A stretch of 62,297 bases of DNA from IMG/VR virus record IMGVR_UViG_3300037493_001386, positions 1 to 62,297 of that record; one strand, given 5' to 3'. The notes under the pieces are model-generated. The model was not told the DNA's origin and ran no database searches. It saw only the letters and a program-made list of their open reading frames with translations. The stretch comes from a virus (taxonomy: Duplodnaviria > Caudoviricetes). Positions 17,071 through 26,123 of the stretch are shown here, in pieces. Made by a program: the position numbers and the translations under genes. How positions within the stretch are numbered: position 1 is the stretch's first letter; each line of letters opens with the position of its first letter.

Positions 17071-20000
17071 TTATGAAGCGAGAGCAGCATCGTTAAAAGC
17101 AGTAACCGATACCATTATTAATGCCAATAAACAAATTGGTGATAGTGCTGAAGTAGCAGCCAAAGAGGGAGCGGATGCCTATAAGTCAATGGGCAAAGCA
17201 ATGGGTGCTGCATTCTCATCGCAAGAGGTATCTAAGGCATTGAATAGTAACATTGCCAGTATAAATAAAAATCGTGATGCGCTAACTAAATTAACTGGTG
17301 AATCAATTAAGTTTGGTAAGGCAGCAATAACATTAGGCGGTCAAGTAAAGCAGAATGCATCTGAAGTATTAAAAGCAAAAGAGGCATTGGCAAAGTACCA
17401 ACAAACATTAAATGATACTGGTAAGGGAACAGATAATACAGAGAAGAAAACCCAGTCATTAAAAGGTAGATTGCGAGAATTAAAAGAACAATTATCCGCA
17501 CTTGAAACGGCTGGTCAAGAGGGATCAATGGCATTTGAAAAGTTAGCGGTTGAGGCTGGTAAACTTCAGGATCAAATAGGAGATACAACAGAACGAGTTA
17601 AAGTATTATCATCCGACACATTTAAGTTTGATGCTGCATTGGGTGCGGTTAAAGGAATTGCTGCTGGATTTTCAATAGCGCAAGGTGCTGCTGCTTTATT
17701 TGGTGAGGAGAATGAGGACTTAAATAAAACAATTGCAAAGACTCAGGGAGCATTAGCATTACTTTCAGGATTGCAAGAGATTGCAACATTAGTAACTGGT
17801 CAAGGCGCAACAAAGATTGCCTTACAGAATCTATTTATGAAAGATAAAATAGTCACTACTACTGCTGCTGCTGGTGCGGTTACAACATTAGCGGTTGCCG
17901 AAGAAGGTGCTGCAGTTGCAACATTGGCAACTAAGAAAAGTCTTGACCTATTAAAGATTGCGATTGCTGGAACTGGTATTGGATTATTAGTAATTGGATT
18001 AGGTGCATTGTATGCAATCTATCAAAGAAATTCAGAGGCCTCTAAGAAATTTCAAGAAGCATTAGATGGAACTAATGTTGCAATAGGCAATGCTAAAATA
18101 TTACTTAAAGAATATTCAAACGATCAAATTAATTTGAATAATCAAATCGAAGTTGCTGCTGGAAGAATGAAGCAAAGTGATGCAGATAAGGATAAAGTAA
18201 AAAGAGATTCTAATGCTAAATTTAAAACAGAATCAAAAGCATTATATGCATCGCAAGTTCAATTAGATAATCAAGTAATTGAATTGAATAATAAAATAAT
18301 GTTCCAAGAAGTAGAAAGGCAAAAGAATGGAGCATTGGGCGCAAAGGGTTCTGATGCAGCAATTATTGCCACAAGAAAAGAAATTGCAGTAATTCAAGAA
18401 AAGTACAAAGAAGCGCAGAAAGGAATTAATGATTTAAGAGAAGCAAATAAAAAGTCCGAAGGAGCGCAAATTAAACTGATTGATGATGCAGAAATAAAAA
18501 GATTAAAAGATGAAGCATCTGCAGCATACGATAAAGCAAAGCAGATATCAGATAAATTAATTCAAGATAGATTAAATGCAGAACTAAATGGTCTTAAATT
18601 AATTCAGGTAATTAATGGAGATTCATTTAAGAACAAAGAAGATATATTAAAAAAAGAAGCAGAAATCGAAAGGGCATCAGCAACTGCCAGTATCACTAAT
18701 AAACAATTAAGGGCATCAACACTACTACTGATTGATGCTAAATTGGCTCAGGATACAGAACAATTAAAACTGGATGAACAAAACAAAGTAATTGCTAATG
18801 AGGTTAAATTGATTGAAGCGAAAAAGGTATTAAATACTGCAACATTAGGTGATGAAATTAAACAAGCAGAACTATCATTTAATATTGAAAAGTCTAATCT
18901 TGAAGCAAAGATTAAATTAAATCAGGCATCATCTGCAGACCTTGAATTACTTAGTGCTAATAACGAAAAGAAGATTCAGGATATAAAGAACAGAGGTATA
19001 CAACAAGAGTATACTTTAAGAGTTCAGTCATTCGAACTAAGAAAGATGTTAGGCGCAACTACATTAGCAGAAGAACTAAGTTTAATTCGTGCAAGAGCAG
19101 AAGCGGAGTTAAAGGCAAATGAATTATCAAATAAAACATTGCCACAAAAGGAAGCGGATAGGAAAGCAATCATTGCCAAGACTGATAATGATATCACTCA
19201 GGCAAAAGCAGTAGAAGCAAACAAACGTATTGATATTGAGAATGCAGAGGCTGAGGCAGCGTTAATACTTGGAACTGCTACATATGATCAAAAGGTAAAA
19301 TTAATAGAAGACGAGGGTCTAAAACAGAAGAATTCACTTGATAAAAAACTATTAGGTGAGGAAGCATATAATGCAGCGGTCTTAAAGATTAATGCAGACA
19401 CTACTGCCAAACTAAAATTAGAGCAAGATGCAAGAGTACAAAGTGTATTTGCATTACTAAATGCTGCATCAGGTGTATTTCAGGAATTAAATGCTTTGGG
19501 TCAACAACAGACAGATGAAAGAATTGCTGGAGTAACGGCTGCAAGTGAGGTTGAACTAAAAGCAATTAATAATAGTACTGCGCTGGAAACTGAAAAAGCA
19601 AGACAAAGAACTGCGCTGGAGAAAAGAACACAAAGAATAATTCGTGAGGATAAAAGAAGGCAAGCGGAATCTGATAAAGCATTAGCATTATTTCAGGCAA
19701 TTGTTGGTAGTGCATCAGCGGTTGCATCTGCTAAAACATTACCATTAAAGATATTAATTGCGGCGGCTGGAGCAATTCAGATAGCAGCCATATTATCAAG
19801 ACCAATACCTAAGTTTGAAAAGGGAGGGGAGATAGGTGGCAAAAGACATAGTGAGGGAGGTACAATTGTAGAAGCAGAACAAGGAGAATATATCGTTAAT
19901 AGAAAGCAAACATCGGCACATAGAAAAGAATTAATGGCAATGAATCAATCATCTGAATCATTTAAAAAATTAATTAATGATAGGTATGTTCGACCAGCCA

Positions 20001-20176
20001 TTATGAATTATATGTTGAATTCAAAGAACAAGGAAATGGGGGTAAATGTAAATGCTACATTAAACTCAAAAACTATGGAGACTGAATTAAAAGGATTGCG
20101 AAAAGATATAAGAAATAGTTCTCAGGTATTTAGTAATAACAAAAATGATTCACGTTACTTATGGCACAAGAATTAA
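17051..20176 (+). CDS. Tape measure protein
   Basis: 1041 aa, Ala/Lys-rich helical with hydrophobic segments; C-terminal KFEKGG...GEYIV motif. Confidence 0.9.
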   Translation: MATVYIDYEARAASLKAVTDTIINANKQIGDSAEVAAKEGADAYKSMGKAMGAAFSSQEVSKALNSNIASINKNRDALTKLTGESIKFGKAAITLGGQVKQNASEVLKAKEALAKYQQTLNDTGKGTDNTEKKTQSLKGRLRELKEQLSALETAGQEGSMAFEKLAVEAGKLQDQIGDTTERVKVLSSDTFKFDAALGAVKGIAAGFSIAQGAAALFGEENEDLNKTIAKTQGALALLSGLQEIATLVTGQGATKIALQNLFMKDKIVTTTAAAGAVTTLAVAEEGAAVATLATKKSLDLLKIAIAGTGIGLLVIGLGALYAIYQRNSEASKKFQEALDGTNVAIGNAKILLKEYSNDQINLNNQIEVAAGRMKQSDADKDKVKRDSNAKFKTESKALYASQVQLDNQVIELNNKIMFQEVERQKNGALGAKGSDAAIIATRKEIAVIQEKYKEAQKGINDLREANKKSEGAQIKLIDDAEIKRLKDEASAAYDKAKQISDKLIQDRLNAELNGLKLIQVINGDSFKNKEDILKKEAEIERASATASITNKQLRASTLLLIDAKLAQDTEQLKLDEQNKVIANEVKLIEAKKVLNTATLGDEIKQAELSFNIEKSNLEAKIKLNQASSADLELLSANNEKKIQDIKNRGIQQEYTLRVQSFELRKMLGATTLAEELSLIRARAEAELKANELSNKTLPQKEADRKAIIAKTDNDITQAKAVEANKRIDIENAEAEAALILGTATYDQKVKLIEDEGLKQKNSLDKKLLGEEAYNAAVLKINADTTAKLKLEQDARVQSVFALLNAASGVFQELNALGQQQTDERIAGVTAASEVELKAINNSTALETEKARQRTALEKRTQRIIREDKRRQAESDKALALFQAIVGSASAVASAKTLPLKILIAAAGAIQIAAILSRPIPKFEKGGEIGGKRHSEGGTIVEAEQGEYIVNRKQTSAHRKELMAMNQSSESFKKLINDRYVRPAIMNYMLNSKNKEMGVNVNATLNSKTMETELKGLRKDIRNSSQVFSNNKNDSRYLWHKN

Positions 20177-22194
20177 AGTTTTTATTAGATGGTGAAGATA
20201 GAGGGCAACCTACTAACTATATTGATTTTGGTTTAAGTATAACAGAAGATACAACTATTCAGGCAAGGATTGTTTCTTTTGATAATCCTTTAATATTTAT
20301 TGGAGAATCATACGAATACATTTTTGGTAAAGTAATTAGTGGAGAACATTGCGATTTGATTAATGTTCAAGTGCAATACAAATGTGGTAATATTTGGAAG
20401 AAATTAGTTGATGGCTATTTTATAATTACAGAATCTGATTTTGATTTAGATCGGTGTTCAGTTCAAACAAAGTTATACGATGAATCATTTTCAACTAAAA
20501 TAAATAATAATAAATCTATTCCATTTTATTCCGACTCTAATATATCCAAGAATTTATTTCCAATTGTTGCGCCAATAGTTACACCATTAAGGATATTTAA
20601 ACCGTCGGATGGTACTTACTACCAAGATAGTTGTGGATGTATTAGTGTATACGATGCATTTAAACATTTAGTTAATTGTATGTCAGATGGATTAATAGAT
20701 TTTGATTCTAACTTTTTTAAGCCAGTATATAATAATCCACCATTTGTTCCGCAGAATTATGTTGTAACAAATGCAGAAGCATTAAGGAATAAATCATTTG
20801 TGCATACTCAATTAGTATTTGATAAGTTATTCATAGCATTAAATAAAAAATTAAGATTGGGAATGGGGTTTGAAAAACAACCTAATGGCAGACCACTATT
20901 AAGAATTGAAGATGCTGAATACTTTTTTGATTCAACACCATCAGTAACATTAGATGACCAGCCTGATATCACTATGCGATATGATACTGAAAGTTTAATT
21001 GCTGGTGTTGACTTTGGATCAAATCCTTTCTTTAATAAAGGGGATTGTAATAATGGCAGTACACCTTGTTCATTTTTGCAGACTGCATTCTTTGGATTTC
21101 GTGATGAATCATTCGGTATACTTGGTACTTGCAATACATCTAAAATGTTAAACCTTGTAAGTGATGATGTAATATTTGATACTAATATTATTGAGGATAT
21201 AATAGTCCATAATAATTTAGATTACGAATTAAATATGATTGTAATGTATTGTGATGGTAATAGAGCATTACCAGTAAGCACATCATTTACAGCAATACAA
21301 GGTGACCCATTGGGTGCTGGTAATACAATATATAATGAACAATTAATAAATGAAAGATGTTCTGCTAATTGGTTAGGCGGTTATCCAAATTCTTTGATTC
21401 AGTATATAGTTGGATTTGATCCAGCACTAACACCATTTAATGCAAGAATGCTTAATCTATTACCAAGTGACCAACAATGGACTATATATCCAGTACCTCC
21501 AAATTCTCCACAATACTATTTAGCAGAAGAAGGTGTTCCAATTAAATATTTAGCCGAGATAAGTGATCCCAATAACTTATTTGACGGACAGAAATATACC
21601 GTTCCATTTTCAGGAACATATACATTTACTGCGAAGATAGCATTGCAGTTATTATCAGATACACCAGTTAATAGATATACAAAAGCAATTATTAGGCAAT
21701 ATAATTCTATTGATGTTGAAATAGGTTCTTATAGCAGCGGAGTATTTAATGATACTGGATTAGGAAATATAAGAATAGCAGTAACTGCAACATTTCCTTG
21801 TAATGCTGGAGACTTCATTAGGGTAGATTTAATGGAGTATTATACAGATGCCAATCTTCACGTAGCAAGAGTTCAAGATATAATAACATATGCAATAGAT
21901 GAGGAAGGTGATTTTTTATACTCAGAGTTCTTTGGTAGTGGAGTGCCATTTGGTAATACAGATTTGCAGCCAGTTGATCCAAATCTAATTAGGAATGTAT
22001 TATACAGATTTGAACGGCCTCTGTCAATGGATGAGATTAATAGTATTATAAATGCCACAAGTAATCCAATTCTAATTGGTAGGTACGATGACTTATTAAG
22101 AACAATACCAGCGCATATTAAATCAATAAATATTGATAGTATTATAAAGCAATCTGCTAAATTTGATTTACGTTCAAATAAAATATTAATATGA
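20161..22194 (+). CDS. Tail tip/baseplate protein
   Basis: Follows the tape measure; LRIE motif; diverged homolog at 55070. Confidence 0.65.
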   Translation: MAQELKFLLDGEDRGQPTNYIDFGLSITEDTTIQARIVSFDNPLIFIGESYEYIFGKVISGEHCDLINVQVQYKCGNIWKKLVDGYFIITESDFDLDRCSVQTKLYDESFSTKINNNKSIPFYSDSNISKNLFPIVAPIVTPLRIFKPSDGTYYQDSCGCISVYDAFKHLVNCMSDGLIDFDSNFFKPVYNNPPFVPQNYVVTNAEALRNKSFVHTQLVFDKLFIALNKKLRLGMGFEKQPNGRPLLRIEDAEYFFDSTPSVTLDDQPDITMRYDTESLIAGVDFGSNPFFNKGDCNNGSTPCSFLQTAFFGFRDESFGILGTCNTSKMLNLVSDDVIFDTNIIEDIIVHNNLDYELNMIVMYCDGNRALPVSTSFTAIQGDPLGAGNTIYNEQLINERCSANWLGGYPNSLIQYIVGFDPALTPFNARMLNLLPSDQQWTIYPVPPNSPQYYLAEEGVPIKYLAEISDPNNLFDGQKYTVPFSGTYTFTAKIALQLLSDTPVNRYTKAIIRQYNSIDVEIGSYSSGVFNDTGLGNIRIAVTATFPCNAGDFIRVDLMEYYTDANLHVARVQDIITYAIDEEGDFLYSEFFGSGVPFGNTDLQPVDPNLIRNVLYRFERPLSMDEINSIINATSNPILIGRYDDLLRTIPAHIKSINIDSIIKQSAKFDLRSNKILI

Positions 22195-23858
22195 GTATTA
22201 CCTCAATACCAAACCAGCCAATATTATTTCATTCAGAAGATGAAATAATTGCACCTTGCGAAGAATGCGGAAGTTCTAATTATAATCAGTTAATTGATTT
22301 TAATGATAAGGTTTTCTTTCAATTAGAATCAACTGCTTGCGAACAATCCCCGATGATACCATTTGACACTTTATTGCAAGTTTGGTCAGATACAGAAGGT
22401 AATATTTGTGGTGATGGAGTATTGGCTGGTTCGTATGCACAATATTTATACATTGATTACTCATACGAATTATACTCCATAACATTTACAATTCTGAATA
22501 TTGAAGAAGGTACCTTAAATATATCAATGGATGGCAGCACAAACTATGAGTTATCATTGGCTGGAACTTATACATTATACTTTAATAATGTAAATACAAA
22601 TAATGATAGTTATGTTATATTATTAATTCAATCAAGTACATTCGTAGGTTGCTTTGATGCTAATAGTATTTTAGTAAAAGGTATTGCATCAAGAAACGAA
22701 ATAAAAGTTGGTATTGTTGATCCTATTACACTTCAACAATTAGATGTTATTTCTCCACAATACACAATAATAGATAATAAGATTATTGCTTCATTTGATT
22801 TCATAGATGTTGATGTTACTACTGGATGCTATCGACTTGCAATAGCAGATTTTTGTGAAAATACTTGCAGCCAGTTTAGAGTAATTAATAATCTTTTTAA
22901 TTTATACTTCAGTATTCCTTATGGTTGGAGCGCAGTAACTGGATTCGGTGCAACATATAGTTTTAATCAAAATCTATTTTGTGCGGAAACACCATATGAA
23001 GATGGGGAGATTACATTAGCATCTGTATCAGAATTATGCGAAGGGAAATTCTATTACATATCAATAGTAATTGAAAGCACAACAAATAATTTAATTTATG
23101 CTCAAATAGGTAATAGTACAATTCAGTTTCCATATAATGCAACGGGATACCAAACTATTGGTATAACTGCTGGAAGTCCATCATTAATTTATGGAATGAG
23201 GTTAACATTATTTATTCAGAATAATGGCAATGGACCGGGAAGTACTTGCATTTCAAAGGTGGATGTTCAGATTGATGATAGTAATATCCAATGGAATAAA
23301 TACTCAGATATAATTAGTTTGGGCGATTACAGCGATTCGTGCAACTATTATAAGATTGAGGGTTGCAATACACAAAACCAGTTTAATCTTGCGTTTAATG
23401 GCAGCGTATTTATGCCAATGGTTAGATTAGAGGGAAGACGAGTGAAACCACAATATGTAACTAATGCAAATACATTTAGATATGCATCAGGTAAATGGTC
23501 GGCAAACTATGTCAATAGAATAAAACAATGGACGTATCATTTTGGCAGACTGCCTGAATACATACTTGACTTTCTATCAACCATATTCTATTATGATAAT
23601 TGCTATGTGAATGGAGTATTAATGTTTCCACAAGATAACCAGTTCCCAACTATTGACTGGTCGGATGCTGATACATACTTAGGATCATTCAACATTGACT
23701 TAGTTGAAAAACAAAATAATGTTATTAAAGTACAATGTGCTGATTCTAATGCTACTTGTTTGCCATCGGTAATAGGATTAGACGAACCATATTTATTATC
23801 TGAGGATGGTATTATTTTAAATACACAAGATTCAATTAATTTGTATTCCGAAAATTAA
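22191..23858 (+). CDS. Tail protein with variable internal beta-rich domains
   Basis: Termini conserved with 57052-58719, middle divergent. Confidence 0.65.
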   Translation: MSITSIPNQPILFHSEDEIIAPCEECGSSNYNQLIDFNDKVFFQLESTACEQSPMIPFDTLLQVWSDTEGNICGDGVLAGSYAQYLYIDYSYELYSITFTILNIEEGTLNISMDGSTNYELSLAGTYTLYFNNVNTNNDSYVILLIQSSTFVGCFDANSILVKGIASRNEIKVGIVDPITLQQLDVISPQYTIIDNKIIASFDFIDVDVTTGCYRLAIADFCENTCSQFRVINNLFNLYFSIPYGWSAVTGFGATYSFNQNLFCAETPYEDGEITLASVSELCEGKFYYISIVIESTTNNLIYAQIGNSTIQFPYNATGYQTIGITAGSPSLIYGMRLTLFIQNNGNGPGSTCISKVDVQIDDSNIQWNKYSDIISLGDYSDSCNYYKIEGCNTQNQFNLAFNGSVFMPMVRLEGRRVKPQYVTNANTFRYASGKWSANYVNRIKQWTYHFGRLPEYILDFLSTIFYYDNCYVNGVLMFPQDNQFPTIDWSDADTYLGSFNIDLVEKQNNVIKVQCADSNATCLPSVIGLDEPYLLSEDGIILNTQDSINLYSEN

Positions 23859-23859
23859 T

Positions 23860-23943
23860 ATATTTGCTCATCTTTTTGCACCATCGTAGGTTTAACGGAA
23901 GCAACCTTTAATAGCGACTGAAACAACTTAAATCTATACTACA
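23860..23943 (+). promoter_or_regulatory. Promoter (TATATTTG) plus GTAGGT...CAACCT leader motif
   Basis: Motif also present before the MCP gene (30068) and the B tail-tube gene (58743). Confidence 0.6.
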
Positions 23944-24483
23944 ATGGGCTGCGCCTCATATTGCGAAACTGGACTTGAAACGCACGATTTAGTGCCTTGC
24001 GGTCAATATAAACTTGGCGGTGTTTCCGCTATTATTATCGGTGCTTGTGGAGCAGTGTTGGCTGTTCCAACTGATCCAATTGAAATTCAAGCATTATTAA
24101 CTTCAGGAGATGCAGTCTTGGTTGAAGATATCCGTTTTGCATTACCAGCGGGTTCTCCAATTCAGGTGGATTCACCAGTAGGTTGTGGCACTCAGATTCG
24201 TATCAACGAAGACCGAACTGCTACTCTTTACGATGCCAATGTTACCGACCAAAATAATTCATTTTATAATTCATTAAACTCTCAAAAGGTTGGATGGATT
24301 ATGGCTTATTTATGCGACTCAGGTAACGTAATCTATATCGACCCACCAGTTGGTATTACAACCTCTGCAAACTTTATTATTCCTGAGCAGAACAACGAAC
24401 TTCAGCGTTATGAAGTAACATTTAGTTGGAGACAAAAAGAGATTCCAACTCAGTTTGCTGCACCGGCTGGAATATTTAGTTAA
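23944..24483 (+). CDS. Probable major tail (tube) protein
   Basis: 179 aa, own promoter, GGV N-terminal motif, C-terminal YEVTFSW; highly conserved in B. Confidence 0.65.
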   Translation: MGCASYCETGLETHDLVPCGQYKLGGVSAIIIGACGAVLAVPTDPIEIQALLTSGDAVLVEDIRFALPAGSPIQVDSPVGCGTQIRINEDRTATLYDANVTDQNNSFYNSLNSQKVGWIMAYLCDSGNVIYIDPPVGITTSANFIIPEQNNELQRYEVTFSWRQKEIPTQFAAPAGIFS

Positions 24484-25436
24484 TGGAATTAGAAATTAAC
24501 ACTAACGATATTGCCACATCTTCTTCGGAGGGTGTGGTACTATTTGCATTTGGCAAGACTGCATACTATCAAGCAGCATATAATCTTGCATATTCAATTA
24601 AGTACCATTCACCATCAGTTAAGATTGCCCTATTTGTTGAAGACATCAATAAATGCAATAATTCTACTGGAGACATCAACACATATGTTGATTCAATAAA
24701 TCAAATCGAAAGTTCCGACCTTTATGTTAATGGGAAATTAGACCCAGCAATGTTAAAGGTGTCTATATATAAGTATCTGCCATTTAAAATTAATCTGTAT
24801 TTAGATGTTGATGCGGTATGCCTTAAAAACATTCAGCCATTAATAGATGATTTGATTAAAACAAAAAGGCACTACATCAGCCATTGCTTGGGTTATCATA
24901 CTATTGATTTAGGAAGAGAAATCCAATCAATGGTTTGGGCTTGGGCGGATGATATTTGGGAGCATTTTAAATTAGATCCTGATACAATACTACCATCTAT
25001 AAATAGCAGCATTCAATTCATTAAAAAATGTAAAAAGTCTAAAGACTTATTTGGAGTTCTTAGAATACTTTACACTACAAATCAATTGCCATTAAAAAAA
25101 TTAAAAAATAAATGGGGAGGTGGTCAACCTGATGAGTTGTATATGGATGTTGCTTTGGCAATGACAAAGTATGACCCATCTTATAAAAATGGAAATGTTA
25201 TTAGTGGAAGTAAATCGCAAAGTGGTTTCATTCACTTTGCATCAGTTCGTGGTTTGTCATTTCAGGAAGTAACGGATAACTATTATTTCCAATCATACTA
25301 TGGTGGTCGTAATTATACATCAAGATTCTATACTGAATGGCTTGAGAGACTTTTAAGAGTAATGATGAAGAAAGAAAACAAAACACATCAATTTCATATA
25401 GACCGAATCATTGGTAATAAATACGTGAACAAATGA
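24483..25436 (+). CDS. GT-A fold glycosyltransferase
   Basis: LAYSIK, LYLDVDAVCL (DxD), INSS and PDE motifs; homolog at 59340. Confidence 0.75.
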   Translation: MELEINTNDIATSSSEGVVLFAFGKTAYYQAAYNLAYSIKYHSPSVKIALFVEDINKCNNSTGDINTYVDSINQIESSDLYVNGKLDPAMLKVSIYKYLPFKINLYLDVDAVCLKNIQPLIDDLIKTKRHYISHCLGYHTIDLGREIQSMVWAWADDIWEHFKLDPDTILPSINSSIQFIKKCKKSKDLFGVLRILYTTNQLPLKKLKNKWGGGQPDELYMDVALAMTKYDPSYKNGNVISGSKSQSGFIHFASVRGLSFQEVTDNYYFQSYYGGRNYTSRFYTEWLERLLRVMMKKENKTHQFHIDRIIGNKYVNK

Positions 25437-26035
25437 AAAATACTACTACCAAAAAACCGAAAGTAAAATCAAATAAAACTGATTATGATTTGCCAGTTGT
25501 AGAAATTGTTACAACAGAAACATTTAAAGAAGTTGCTCGTCACGAATGGAACTCAGAAGATGAAGTTGGTCAGTTCTTGGGATCACTTATTAAAATGTCT
25601 AAGTATAATACTGCTCTTGAAATTGGAGTATTTGAAGGCGAAACATCGCAGCATTTAATTAATGCTATTCCAAAAGGAGGTCAATATATTGGCATTGACA
25701 TCAATGATTATCGTACTGAAAAAACAAAATCATTAATGGCAGAGGGTGGCAAGTCAATTGATTTTATTCTTGGCAATTCACACGATGAATTATTAAAGTT
25801 ACCAAAGAATCATTTTGATTTGATATTTGTTGATGCCGACCATTCTTGGGTATCAGTATTACCTGAATTTAAACTTGTAGAAAAACTGGTAAGTACTGGA
25901 GGTGTAATTGTGTATCACGATACAATACATATTTCAGCACCTAAAAAACTTGTTGAGTATGCGAGATACCGAAACTATAAAACAACTACCTTAAACACTC
26001 CCGAAGGACGTGGATTGTCAATATTACATAAATGA
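25433..26035 (+). CDS. Class I SAM-dependent methyltransferase (Methyltransf_24-like)
   Basis: LEIGVFEG, GID, FDLIFVDADH, GGVIVYHD. Confidence 0.9.
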   Translation: MKNTTTKKPKVKSNKTDYDLPVVEIVTTETFKEVARHEWNSEDEVGQFLGSLIKMSKYNTALEIGVFEGETSQHLINAIPKGGQYIGIDINDYRTEKTKSLMAEGGKSIDFILGNSHDELLKLPKNHFDLIFVDADHSWVSVLPEFKLVEKLVSTGGVIVYHDTIHISAPKKLVEYARYRNYKTTTLNTPEGRGLSILHK

Positions 26036-26042
26036 TAAACCT

Positions 26043-26123
26043 ATGAAAACTACATACTGCCGTTCAAAGTCTTGTGGCTCGCACATTATTAATTCAACTA
26101 CATCAACTAAAATCGTTGCGTAA
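26043..26123 (+). CDS. Conserved 26-aa microprotein MKTTYCRSKSCGSHIINSTTSTKIVA
   Basis: Homolog at 60894-60974 with many synonymous changes; TAATG coupling to the portal gene. Confidence 0.8.
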   Translation: MKTTYCRSKSCGSHIINSTTSTKIVA

